Notes under the pieces: generated by a model
Databases searched by the model: none
Seen by the model: only the letters and a program-made list of their open reading frames with translations
What the model was told of the DNA's origin: nothing
In this document: positions 20,143-29,850 of the stretch, one piece after another
Layout: each line of letters begins with the position of its first letter
Numbering within the stretch: position 1 is the stretch's first letter
Translations under genes and position numbers: made by a program
Assembly (NCBI GenBank): GCA_963729895.1
Contig: CAVSQB010000012.1
Location: 32,001-96,000, forward strand
Direction of reading: 5' to 3'
Source of the DNA: an uncultured Fibrobacterota bacterium
Lineage (GTDB): Bacteria > Fibrobacterota > Chitinivibrionia > Chitinivibrionales > FEN-1185
DNA: 64,000 nt

Positions 20143-20916
20143 GTGGACAAGGGTCTTCTTTCCAACTACGAGCTGTATTACGAATCCGCCTCCGTCATCC
20201 CGCAACAACGTGACAAAGAGGAAGTAGCTCGGTTTGCGGGGATCGCGGAATCCATCGGCGAAGGCCTTGAGGTGCTCGACATAGGCTGCGCCGAAGGTTT
20301 GCTGTCCGTCGCACTTGCGCTCAAGGGACACAAGGTCACGGCCGCAGATATTTCCAGATCGTTTCTTGAGCAGGCGGATGAACTTGCACGGCAGGTGAAC
20401 GCAGGGATTTCCACCGTTCTGCTTGATGTCGAAAGCGATCCGCCGAAGGAACTGGAAAACTCGTTCGACCTGATTTATTTCATGGATGTCATTGAACATC
20501 TCAGGTGTCCGGCCCGCGGCCTGGTAACAATACGCGCGTTGCTTAAGGAAAGCGGAACGCTGGTCATTCATACGCCCAACCTATGCTCGCTGGGGCAAGT
20601 GTACCGATATGTCAAGTTCCGCAACAGGAGAGAGAATTATTTTGAACCGGAAAACCTTGGAGATCTGCATTTACAGGGGTACGATTATCAAACTCTCGAA
20701 AAGGCGCTTAATTTTGCAGGTTTGCAGATTAGAGATGTGATTCCCACGAGCATCAGTCTGCCCATCGTTTACAGATTCGGATGGTCGCGCCCCATTTCTC
20801 GATCTCTGTCAGGGTTTTTCCCCTTCATCTCTGACACGCTTCTCGTGACGTGCAAGAAAGTTTCGCCCGTGGATCTCGAGAAACAGATTGCCTATTGGAA
20901 AAAGACGCGCGGATAG
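20143..20916 (+). CDS. Class I SAM-dependent methyltransferase
   Basis: VLDIGCAEG, FDLIYFMDVIEHL, LVIHTPN; GTG at 20143 after GGAGGA. Confidence 0.88.
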   Translation: MDKGLLSNYELYYESASVIPQQRDKEEVARFAGIAESIGEGLEVLDIGCAEGLLSVALALKGHKVTAADISRSFLEQADELARQVNAGISTVLLDVESDPPKELENSFDLIYFMDVIEHLRCPARGLVTIRALLKESGTLVIHTPNLCSLGQVYRYVKFRNRRENYFEPENLGDLHLQGYDYQTLEKALNFAGLQIRDVIPTSISLPIVYRFGWSRPISRSLSGFFPFISDTLLVTCKKVSPVDLEKQIAYWKKTRG

Positions 20917-20970
20917 GCAACGCGCTCTTGTTCGCTTGTATGCCGCAGCCGGCGGCTTTCCCGGGCGGGG

Positions 20971-21147
20971 CTATTCGCCTTCCTTCTTCTTTGCGTCCTG
21001 GATCTGGATCCGTATTTCCTGGCAGATCTTCTTGATGTTCTGAAGGTTTTTTCTGGCCCTGGTACCCGCAGACTTGTTGCCTCGTTCGAATTTCTCGAAT
21101 TCGGCTTTCAGTAATTCAATTTCGTCAAGTAGTTTCTGAAGACTCAT
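20971..21147 (-). CDS. Small Hc1/histone H1-like protein, 58 aa (below the ORF-track cutoff)
   Basis: Hand translation MSLQKLLDEIELLKAEFEKFERGNKSAGTRARKNLQNIKKICQEIRIQIQDAKKKEGE; GNKxAGTRARK motif; RBS AAGGAG. Confidence 0.85.
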   Translation of the reverse strand: MSLQKLLDEIELLKAEFEKFERGNKSAGTRARKNLQNIKKICQEIRIQIQDAKKKEGE

Positions 21148-21194
21148 CCGTCTGCTCCTTTTATGGTGTGGAAGAACAAGACCCTTCGTGTTTA

Positions 21195-21290
21195 TTATTA
21201 CTCCGGCAGTAATACGCGCCCAAAATTGGCGGCCGCTGTACTATGAAATCGATGCTTTGTTTTGTGCATATTTAGTTGCCGGAGTAATAA
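21195..21290. repeat. 96-bp element with perfect 14-bp terminal inverted repeats (MITE-like)
   Basis: TTATTACTCCGGCA (21195-21208) and TGCCGGAGTAATAA (21277-21290). Confidence 0.65.
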
Positions 21291-21375
21291 ATAAATTGCG
21301 CCTTGTTCGTGCGCTAAAGAATTTCTTCTGCAGTCCTGGAGAAAAGTACGCAAGCCTCGCGGGGAAGGGGTCGAA

Positions 21376-22263
21376 TTAGAATGGCTTGTCGCAAAGAAAA
21401 TAGGACCCGGCAGGGAAGAAAGTGCTCTTGAGAAACGGAAATTTGTCTGCAAGCTCGCCAAAAAGCAGGGTTCGCAAGAAAGGTTCCCGTCGTTTCTTTT
21501 CAACAACCGCGGTGCTCTTGGCAAGCCCCAAGTACGTCTTGAGATAATCGCCGGCATCGTCAAAGCTTCCAAGCGTGTCCACGAGCCGGGCGCGGAGGGC
21601 TTGCTTTCCGGTCATTATTCTGCCGTCGGCAATAAGTCGCAGCGAATCGGCATCAAGGGATCGCGCCCTGGAGACGTCGCTGATGAACTGATTGTGAATG
21701 TCGGTAAGAATGTCCTGAAAGAGTTTCTTCTCCTGTACCGTCATGTCGCGTTGAGGACTGCCCATGTCTTTCACGTCACCGGATTTCAGCACCTGCATCG
21801 ATATTCCCAGTTTGTCCATGAGCTTGAAATACTGCGGGAACCTGAAGATAACCCCGATGCTGGCGGTTATCGTACCGGGATTGGCGAATATTTTCTGGGC
21901 AGGGCACGCAACATAATAACCGCCCGAAGCTGCGACATTGCCCAGACTGGCCACGAGCGGCTTCTTTGCAACACGGAATTTCATCACTTCGCTGAAGATT
22001 TCCTGCGACGGGGCAACCGCCCCTCCGGGCGAGTCGACGCGAAGCAGGACCCCCGCAATGGCGTCGTCTTCCCGGAGCGCTCGGAGTTCTTTCACCGTGG
22101 CTTCGGACGAAAGGATCACATCGGTTATTTCCACGAGCCCGATCTTCTTGAAGGCCCTGGAGGGCATGGTCGAGGGCGCGGCATGTGCGATCAGCAGCCA
22201 CAATCCGAAAAGGACCGGGAGGCAGCAGACGGCGATAACCAAAATTCGCTGGCTTTTTGTCAC
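21376..22263 (-). CDS. sppA: Signal peptide peptidase SppA, short type
   Basis: LRVDSPGG, AASGGYY, TASIGV, KSGDVKDMGS, ADGRIMTG, LVDTLG. Confidence 0.92.
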   Translation of the reverse strand: MTKSQRILVIAVCCLPVLFGLWLLIAHAAPSTMPSRAFKKIGLVEITDVILSSEATVKELRALREDDAIAGVLLRVDSPGGAVAPSQEIFSEVMKFRVAKKPLVASLGNVAASGGYYVACPAQKIFANPGTITASIGVIFRFPQYFKLMDKLGISMQVLKSGDVKDMGSPQRDMTVQEKKLFQDILTDIHNQFISDVSRARSLDADSLRLIADGRIMTGKQALRARLVDTLGSFDDAGDYLKTYLGLAKSTAVVEKKRREPFLRTLLFGELADKFPFLKSTFFPAGSYFLCDKPF

Positions 22264-24425
22264 GGGTGCTCCCCATTTGACGCGACGGTTGCGGGATAAG
22301 ACTTTGAAGCGCCCGAAGAAATTCGCTTCGAAACGGGTATTCTGATGAGGTCGCCGGCCTTGATCACCGACGACTGCGCAAGGTTATTCGCGTGCCGGAT
22401 GTCGGTTACGGTCACCGAAAACGATGAGGCAAGGGAATACAGGTTATCTCCCTTGCACACTCTGTAGAACAGCGTATCCGGCTGGCGGGACCTTGCAGCG
22501 ACGCGATGTTCCCGATCATAAAGTAAATTTTGGCCTGCAAAAATAACCGGATTGTTTGAGTCCATCCCGTTCCGCGTAATAAGGTCGCTCACGGACACCG
22601 AGAGCTTCCGCGAGATGGCAAACAATGTTTCACCCCTCAAGACCCGGTACTTTGCAAAAGAAGAACTCTGTCCCGCCGGCGGGCTTGATACTCGAGGCGA
22701 GGCGACGGTGGCGGTTGTGCGCGTCTTCCCGGGGTGCAGAACAAGGCACTGGCCGGCCTTTACGCGTTGGTCGGCGAGATTGTTCCAGGTGCAAATGTCA
22801 CCCGCGGAGACATGGAAAAGGTCGGCGAGTTCCCACACGGTGTCGCCCGACCTCACCCGGTACCGAACCACGCCGTTTTTGCCGGGCTTCTGCGCTTCGG
22901 ACGATTCATTGTGTTTCAGATCTTCGGCAATTGCGTATGCCTGGGCGGTAGACATGTGAATGGGAATCGGAATCAGCACATGTCGGCCCTCGGCAAGACG
23001 GCACGCATCGTTAAAACCATTGATCGATTTAACAGCCTCAAGCGGGACTTTGAATTGCCGCGCAATTGAAGATAGGTTCTCTCCAGGTTTCACCTGATAG
23101 CCATACCAGACAACCTTGAACGCTTCCGGATGCCTGTTTAGTGCCTGTGCAAGGCGGGATTTGAGGCCTTTGGGAAGATACAGGTGTACTTGGGAAAGCG
23201 CCGGCGGCGTGCACCAGTGAAGGAGATGAGGGTTCATCGCGCGCAGGTCCGTCGCGGGAATTCCCAGAGAGTCCGCAACCGATTGAATATTGATGCATTC
23301 GTCAATGAGCATGGTGTCGAGATCAAACGTGTCGCTGCGGGCGAGCGCGTAGCCGAAACAACCGGGGTTTTTGGCTACGATAATGGCCGAAATGAACTCA
23401 GGAACATAGTTTCTTGTTTCGCGAGGCAGGCAAAGACGCCAGAAACTGGAAGAAGAGGACTTGCCCAGGGCGCTTGCAACGCCGTTTTCCCCGCAATTGT
23501 ATGCGGCGATGGCAAGCTGCCAGTCGCCGAACTGGTCGTACAACTTCTTGAGGTATCTGATTGCGGCCTTGGTAGACTGCACCAAGTCGCGCCGTTCGTC
23601 GATCCAGTAGTTCTTCCTGAGGCCGTACCGAGTGCCGGTTGATGCAATGAACTGCCACATGCCGGATGCGTGCCTGCGGGAGTAGGCGCATGGTTCAAAT
23701 CCGCTTTCAACAAGCGGCAGGTACGAAAGGTCCGTCGGAAGGCCGCTGTCGGCAAACATGCGTTCCATGAACGGCTGGTAGTACGCGGAGCGCGTCAGCC
23801 ACTTGTCCAGGGAACCTTTTTTGGAGCGCGCAAAAAAACAGAGCGAACGGTAGACCTTGTCATTCCAGAGAATGGGGAAGTTGTACGAAATTCCCTTCTG
23901 ACACACAAGTTTTTTGAGCACGATGCTGTCGCCGGGAGACAGCCTGAGCGTGTCCAGAGACTGGGACAATTGCCTTTGGAATACCAGCATCGAAATTTCG
24001 TCGGGAATGCTGTCCGCGTATTCCGGAGGCATCTCTTCCGCGTAGACACGCGCCGCCTCGTTGGAATAGTTTTCCGCGTCGGGCCACGACCTGTCATCCC
24101 CTTCCTTTTCCTTGATTGATGCGAGTGCTTTTCGGAGAAGAATGTGCGCCTCTCCAAAACTGTCGGCTTTGCAGGCGCTTTTCGCACTCTCGAGAAGAAA
24201 ATCTATTTCGGAACATTCCGGTGCGTTTGGTACACCGGTGCCATACTTGTCCACAAAGCTGTCGGCGTTTACTTCCGTGTCGCCGGGCACCAGCGGCACG
24301 GCGGCCGACTTCCAAACAGAGTCGGGTTTCAGGCTGACAAACGACCCTGACTGCATTCTTGTATGAAAAGCGCATCCGGTTATCGGCAGGAAGCATCCGG
24401 CGAAGACCAGACAGAACGTCCGCAT
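22260..24425 (-). CDS. mltD: MltD-like lytic murein transglycosylase with four LysM domains
   Basis: Lipobox-like ITGC; SLT motifs LVESGF, GMWQF, AIAAYNCG, ETRNYVP; LysM repeats YQVKPGENL, YRVRSGDTV, YRVLRGETL, YRVCKGDNL. Start uncertain. Confidence 0.85.
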   Translation of the reverse strand: MRTFCLVFAGCFLPITGCAFHTRMQSGSFVSLKPDSVWKSAAVPLVPGDTEVNADSFVDKYGTGVPNAPECSEIDFLLESAKSACKADSFGEAHILLRKALASIKEKEGDDRSWPDAENYSNEAARVYAEEMPPEYADSIPDEISMLVFQRQLSQSLDTLRLSPGDSIVLKKLVCQKGISYNFPILWNDKVYRSLCFFARSKKGSLDKWLTRSAYYQPFMERMFADSGLPTDLSYLPLVESGFEPCAYSRRHASGMWQFIASTGTRYGLRKNYWIDERRDLVQSTKAAIRYLKKLYDQFGDWQLAIAAYNCGENGVASALGKSSSSSFWRLCLPRETRNYVPEFISAIIVAKNPGCFGYALARSDTFDLDTMLIDECINIQSVADSLGIPATDLRAMNPHLLHWCTPPALSQVHLYLPKGLKSRLAQALNRHPEAFKVVWYGYQVKPGENLSSIARQFKVPLEAVKSINGFNDACRLAEGRHVLIPIPIHMSTAQAYAIAEDLKHNESSEAQKPGKNGVVRYRVRSGDTVWELADLFHVSAGDICTWNNLADQRVKAGQCLVLHPGKTRTTATVASPRVSSPPAGQSSSFAKYRVLRGETLFAISRKLSVSVSDLITRNGMDSNNPVIFAGQNLLYDREHRVAARSRQPDTLFYRVCKGDNLYSLASSFSVTVTDIRHANNLAQSSVIKAGDLIRIPVSKRISSGASKSYPATVASNGEHP

Positions 24426-24788
24426 GATTCTCAGACAACCCGCCCTTGGGGAGTTCCGGGAAAGACATTCTCTTCTCGTCCGAAGCAGGTACGTCAAGAG
24501 CACCTCGCAGGCATGACGAATGCAACACATGCGCCTTCCGCACCGCAAACAATAGCGTCATCTGCCGACAGATCGAAAGCGGAACGCGCGTGGTTTCGAC
24601 TCTATTCCCTGCGTTAAAGTATATCACGCAGGCCAAAATAATGCAATAGTGGTGGAAAATGAATCCCGTTGCGAGCGAATTGCAGGCTGCTTATTGGGGC
24701 GTATTCCACAAGGGGACTTCAAAGGATCGCATCCGGTCCCCGAAGCTTGCTTCGGAGTTTTTCAATCAGGCAGGTGCTATTACAATTC

Positions 24789-25004
24789 TCAAGGCCTTTG
24801 TACCAAACTTGCATGGGGTTGAGGACGAAAAATTGCACTTTGAAGCAGGTAACCGTGTTTGGCCCTGCATTCCGATACTGCCGCGCGAACATTTTCTTCA
24901 ACATTCTGAAATCGTGATCCGCAATAGTTGATAAACATCCTCGTTTTCTGCGGACAGGAGTCGTGGTGCGGACATTGAGAACACGTAATTTTCATGCGCT
25001 GCAT
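24789..25004 (-). CDS. Small cysteine-rich hypothetical protein (71 aa)
   Basis: CxxCxxxxxC...C motif; RBS GAGGAG; consensus promoter upstream. Confidence 0.7.
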   Translation of the reverse strand: MQRMKITCSQCPHHDSCPQKTRMFINYCGSRFQNVEENVRAAVSECRAKHGYLLQSAIFRPQPHASLVQRP

Positions 25005-25081
25005 TCTTCTCTCCTCCTCAGTGGAAAACGAATGATTTCTGAACCTCGTTCGGACTCAACTACGCTATTCTGCCCAATTCC

Positions 25082-25110
25082 ATTATACCCAACAACCGCT
25101 TGTATGTCAA
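25082..25110 (-). promoter_or_regulatory. Perfect consensus sigma70 promoter
   Basis: Minus strand TTGACA (25110-25105), 17 nt, TATAAT (25087-25082). Confidence 0.85.
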
Positions 25111-25900
25111 GAACTAAATTACCACAATAGATTGCATAATAGGCATCTTGTTTTGAATAAGTGCGTCACTATTGAAGAATCCCGGCCCTCCGCGTCAAGT
25201 GCGGGGATTGCGCGGGCCGAGGCATTCAAAAGACTTTGGCTCGGAAACTGTTGTGACGCGAGATTAAGAGCTGCCGTGAAGCCAATAGACTGTTGTGTAT
25301 TTTATGGCTAATAACTAATTGATGCGCTATGAGTTAAAGCACATTATTTAATCTTGATTGTAGCTGGATCGAACTGTACTAAAGACCTCAGTTTGTGCCA
25401 TCAGGAAAACGCCCGATGCAGATCTTGAAAAGATGCTCTTAATTGGGACCATTGGCCGGAAGTTTGTGCCAGGAGCGCCGTCTCTTAGCGGGTCTTGATC
25501 AGGAAGATGGAGGGGCTTTTCTATCTGGCTTCTTTTGGTGTTTCTTGAGATATTCCTCGAACGACTGAAGATACTTCGGGTTTCCGGGAACGACTACATG
25601 GGTTTCCGCATAGCGCCGCCCCAGGGAATGGGCATCGCCCATGTAGAGCTTGTCTCCATTTACAAATCTGTTGGCCAGGCCGCCAAGCGACTTCGCCCGC
25701 TTTTTGGCGTCTCCGTAGGCCTTTTGGAGCGCGGCTCGAGTTGCCTCGGTGCCATTTTCATAGAGGTCGGCTATAGCCCACGTCAAGTGCCATACGTTGA
25801 AACTTTGCTTGAGCAAGCCGACATGTGAGAAATAGAGGTCACTGATTTTTGCCGCTTGGGCGACGGTCACAACCTGGTCACGAATTGCCCAAACCCCTAG

Positions 25901-27212
25901 CAGGGTGTTGAAAAAGTCTCCCTTTTGTAAACATTTATCCTTATATTATAGGGGAACCCCAACCAAGGAGTATTGATGAGAGGTTCCCAGCCAGCCCAAG
26001 GCGGTATGTTCAGCTTCGTTTCTCCGGATTCCCGAGTGCCGGCAACGCACCCGCTTCGTCGTGTCAAACAGTTTACGGACATAGCGCTGCGCCGCCTTTC
26101 TCGTGACTTTGAGGCGATGTACAGCCGGATGGGACGCCCTTCGATACCGCCGGAATGGCTTTTGAAAGCACAGATATTGATGGCTTTGTTTTCGATACGG
26201 TCGGACCGGTTGTTTTGCGAGATGCTGGACTATAACATTCTGTTCCGATGGTTTCTTGACATGGATCTGGATGCGGCATCGTTTGATCATAGTGTGTTTT
26301 CGAAGAACCGAGATCGACTTATGGAACAGGAGATTGCGCACCGGCTGATGCAGGAAATCGTGCGTCTTGCTCGTTCCGAAGAGTTGTTGTCCGATGAGCA
26401 TTTCACGGTTGACGGCACGTTGATTGAAGCCTGGGCATCGATGAAGAGCTTCAAGCGAAAAGACGCGGAATCGGCGAACAAGACTGACGATGATCGGAGT
26501 AATCCGTCGGTTGATTTCCACCATGAGAAGCGAAGCAATGAGACACATCAGAGTTCGACCGATCCAGAGGCGCTGTTGGCTCGGAAGAACAAGAGAACGG
26601 GAGCGCAGCTGGCGTATTCCGGTCACGTGCTGATGGAAAACCGAAATGGGTTGTGTGTTGATATCGCCATTGCGCCAGCGACGGGGACAGCGGAACGGGA
26701 TATGGCGCTTGAGCTGATAAAGCATGAACGCAGGCGCGGAAAACGCCGGATGAAGACGGTGGGTGCAGACAAAGGGTATCATGCAACCGAATTTATCAAG
26801 AGCCTGCGACGCCTGCACGTGAAGCCTCACATTGCCGAGAAGGCCAACACTTCGCTTAAAGGGTTGGATGGAAGAACGACTCGGCATAAGGGATACAGCG
26901 TAAGTCAACGGAAACGAAAACGGGTTGAAGAGATATTTGGGTGGATCAAGAGCGTCGGTGGCCTGCGGAAAACTCGGGTAAGAGGAATACGAATCAACCA
27001 GACTGTTGCCTACGTGGTTGCCGCAGCGTACAACTTGATACGCATGGTTAAGTTGATGCCGCAAACGGTGGGGGCAGCATGAGAATGGCCTGGGAATCCG
27101 GGGAAATGCCTCGGAACGAGGCAGGTAAAACCTCTCTGACATATGTAAAGTTGAAGTTAGGTTCATAAAAAATCAACAAGAGCGCTTCTGTTAGGACTAT
27201 TTCAACAACCTG
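25901..27212 (+). mobile_element. IS5-family insertion sequence, 1312 bp
   Basis: IRs CAGGGTGTTGAAAAAGTC and CAGGTTGTTGAAATAGTC (16/18); CTAG duplication at 25897-25900 and 27213-27216. Confidence 0.92.
25976..27082 (+). CDS. IS5-family DDE transposase
   Basis: GRPSIPPE, LFRWFL (DUF772-like), TVDGT, GADKGY, RKRVEEIFGWIK, AYNL; RBS AAGGAG. Confidence 0.93.
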   Translation: MRGSQPAQGGMFSFVSPDSRVPATHPLRRVKQFTDIALRRLSRDFEAMYSRMGRPSIPPEWLLKAQILMALFSIRSDRLFCEMLDYNILFRWFLDMDLDAASFDHSVFSKNRDRLMEQEIAHRLMQEIVRLARSEELLSDEHFTVDGTLIEAWASMKSFKRKDAESANKTDDDRSNPSVDFHHEKRSNETHQSSTDPEALLARKNKRTGAQLAYSGHVLMENRNGLCVDIAIAPATGTAERDMALELIKHERRRGKRRMKTVGADKGYHATEFIKSLRRLHVKPHIAEKANTSLKGLDGRTTRHKGYSVSQRKRKRVEEIFGWIKSVGGLRKTRVRGIRINQTVAYVVAAAYNLIRMVKLMPQTVGAA

Positions 27213-27638
27213 CTAGTACGCAGCCCAGAGTTCCTTTATCGATTTCCATGGCGGCGATCTTGAGTGTCTGATCTATATCTACGCCCGCAAGCAGAACTTT
27301 TGTGCGGTCATGAGTGAGATACCGCATGCATCCCTGCAGGCCCGCCAGTGCAGCTATGCCGACGGAAGCCTGCAGCAGCATTCTTAATAACACGTTGGTC
27401 CGAATCGACCTCTTATGGATTGCATCCACTTGATCTCCCTCTCCTTTTAACAGCACGCATTTTCTATGCCAACATGGATCCTTGAGATTTTTCCCCTGGA
27501 AATCCGCCTCATTTTTGTTGCCCCATAATAAAGAACTCTTTTATATTTAAACTTCTTGTCTTCAATGTGGCAACAGTTTGACCTTTCTTGTTTTCGCACA
27601 ACGGTGCACACCTTATCTGGTATCACATCGGAGGATGC

Positions 27639-29729
27639 ATGAAGAAGTACGAGGCGAATTCGATTCGAAACGTATGTCTCCTTTCCCACGGCGGTGTTGG
27701 AAAAACAACGCTGCTTGAGGCCGTTTGTTACACGTCGAAGGGCACAACCAAGCTGAACAAGGTAAACAACGGGACCAGCATTTTCGACGCGCGGTCCGAT
27801 GAAAAAGAACGCAAGATGACGATCACCATGAAGCTCGGGTTCTGCGAATGGAACAACGCAAAGATCAATTTCCTCGATACGCCGGGTTTTCTCGACCTCC
27901 AGGGCGATGCAAAGGCGGCGCTTCGGGTGGTGGAGTCTGCGGTGATCCTGGTAAGCGCGCTCGACGGCGTGCAGGTGGGCACGGAACTCATGTCGCGGTT
28001 CGTGGAGGAGACAAAGATGCCGAAGCTCTTCTTTGTCAATGACCTGGACAAAGACAATGTCGATTTCGAAAAGACGCTTGCAAATCTCAAAGACACCTAC
28101 GGCAACACCGTAGCGCCGCTTTCTATTCCCCTTGGAACCGGCGCATCGTTCAAGGGGGTCATCGACCTTGTCAACAGGGAAGCGTTTGAATACACCCGGG
28201 AGGGCAGTGGAATCGGAAAGAAGATCGATATTCCGGCCGAGCTTTCCGGCAGGGTTGACGGCCTCAGGTCGTCGCTCATGGAATCGGTGGCCGAAACCGA
28301 CGAGACCCTCATGAACACCTACTTCGAAAAAGGCGAACTGACGCTTGAGGAGCTGAAACAGGGACTTGCCAAGGGGTTCTCCGACGGCGCGATTTCTCCG
28401 CTCCTGTGCGGCAGCGCGCTTCTCAACATGGGGACCGACGTTCTGCTCACGATGGTCGTCAGTCTCTGTCCGTCTCCTTTATCGCGGAAAGATGTGGAAG
28501 TCGTGGCCGGGGAAGAGAAGAAGAATATTCCCGTGTCCGAATCCATGCCGGCATCGGCTTTTGTTTTCAAGACCATTTCTGAGGAGCACATCGGTGATTT
28601 CAATTGCGTGCGTGTGTTCACCGGCAAACTCGCAACGGGTAAAGATGTTCAGAATCTCACAAGAAGTTCGTCGGAGCGCATCAGCAATATGTATTTCATG
28701 CGCGGCCACGAACGGGTCGACACTGCGGAAATCGGGTTCGGAGACATAGGCGCAATGCTCAAAATGAAAGACACCCATACAAACGATACGCTCGCAGACA
28801 AGGGCGTCTCGTATACATTTTTGCCCGTCAAGTTTGTCGAGCCCCTGGTGAACGTGGCGATCACTTCGAAGAACAAGGGCGATGAGGACAAGATCGGCAT
28901 GGGGTTCACCAAGATTCATGAAGAGGACCCGACCTTCAGCTACAAGTTCCACGGCGACATCAAACAGTCGATACTTTCGGCGATGGGAGATATCCACATC
29001 GATATCATTTTGGGAAGCCTCAAGAGCAGGTTCAAAGTGGAGGTCGAGAAGAAGCAACCGAAAATATCCTACCGGGAAACAATCACCAAAACCGTAAAAT
29101 ACGTGGAGTACACCCACAAAAAACAGTCCGGCGGGGCAGGCCAGTACGCCAAGGTGGCAATCGACTTAGAACCGCTTCCCCGCGGTTCCGGGTACGAATT
29201 CGTGGACAAGATAGTTGGCGGGGTCATCGACCAATCGTTCAGACCCAGTGTTGACAAAGGCGTTCACGCCAAACTTGAAGAAGGTATTCTTGCCGGGTAT
29301 CCTATTGTCGATGTTCGGGTGTACCTTGTCGATGGCAAGACCCATCCCGTCGATTCCAAGGATATCGCGTTTCAGATCGCGGGGCGCGAAGTATTCAAGA
29401 TCGCGTTCGAGCAGGCCGGTCCGATTCTTCTTGAGCCTATTTCGGACATGCGGATCACCGTGCCCGACGATTATACCGGCGACGTGATGGGAGACCTCTC
29501 TTCGCGCCGCGGCAAGATCGGCGGCATGGAGCCGGAAGGCAAGTTCCAGACTATTGTTGCAAAAGTGCCTGAGGCTGAGGTGCAGAACTATTCACAGGCG
29601 CTGCGCGCGCTTTCGCAAGGGCGGGGCTATTTTTCAAAGACGTTTTCTCATTACGAGCCGGTTCCCACCGAAGTGGCGAGAAAGATCATCGAGGCCTCCA
29701 AGCAAATCATTCAGGAAGTGAAGGAATAG
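27639..29729 (+). CDS. Elongation factor G paralogue (EF-G2-like)
   Basis: Full EF-G layout (MGDIH, YRETI, KKQSGGAGQY, DGKTHPVDS, LLEPI, GDVMGDLSSRRG) with divergent G motifs SHGGVGKTT, DTPGF, NDLD. Confidence 0.92.
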   Translation: MKKYEANSIRNVCLLSHGGVGKTTLLEAVCYTSKGTTKLNKVNNGTSIFDARSDEKERKMTITMKLGFCEWNNAKINFLDTPGFLDLQGDAKAALRVVESAVILVSALDGVQVGTELMSRFVEETKMPKLFFVNDLDKDNVDFEKTLANLKDTYGNTVAPLSIPLGTGASFKGVIDLVNREAFEYTREGSGIGKKIDIPAELSGRVDGLRSSLMESVAETDETLMNTYFEKGELTLEELKQGLAKGFSDGAISPLLCGSALLNMGTDVLLTMVVSLCPSPLSRKDVEVVAGEEKKNIPVSESMPASAFVFKTISEEHIGDFNCVRVFTGKLATGKDVQNLTRSSSERISNMYFMRGHERVDTAEIGFGDIGAMLKMKDTHTNDTLADKGVSYTFLPVKFVEPLVNVAITSKNKGDEDKIGMGFTKIHEEDPTFSYKFHGDIKQSILSAMGDIHIDIILGSLKSRFKVEVEKKQPKISYRETITKTVKYVEYTHKKQSGGAGQYAKVAIDLEPLPRGSGYEFVDKIVGGVIDQSFRPSVDKGVHAKLEEGILAGYPIVDVRVYLVDGKTHPVDSKDIAFQIAGREVFKIAFEQAGPILLEPISDMRITVPDDYTGDVMGDLSSRRGKIGGMEPEGKFQTIVAKVPEAEVQNYSQALRALSQGRGYFSKTFSHYEPVPTEVARKIIEASKQIIQEVKE

Positions 29730-29757
29730 ACAGGTTTCTTTTTCAGGAAAAGGCCAC

Positions 29758-29784
29758 CAAGGGGCGATCTTCGGTCGCCCCTTG
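29758..29784 (+). terminator. Hairpin after the EF-G paralogue
   Basis: CAAGGGGCGA-TCTTCGG-TCGCCCCTTG; weak U-tract. Confidence 0.45.
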
Positions 29785-29850
29785 CAATTTGGACGTAACA
29801 AAAGCGAACAGCTGTTGCTTTCGCGACGTAAAAAAGGAGTAGCTGCAACA

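Larger units (their letters stand above)
25499..27429 (-). pseudogene. Putative lipoprotein gene (about 204 aa restored) interrupted by an IS5-family element
   Basis: Removing the IS and one CTAG joins ...GTLGCVL to GVWAIRDQVVTVAQ... in frame; GTG 27429 after a purine-rich RBS; lipobox-like LQGC. Confidence 0.85.

Noticed and set aside
10471..21370. KOPS (GGGNAGGG) polarity as support for dif
   Set aside because: The few octamers spotted occur in both orientations (plus near 13845 and 21362, reverse near 10472); too few to be informative without a genome-wide count.
25946..27166. 406-aa minus-strand ORF within the IS5 element
   Set aside because: Antisense shadow of the transposase.
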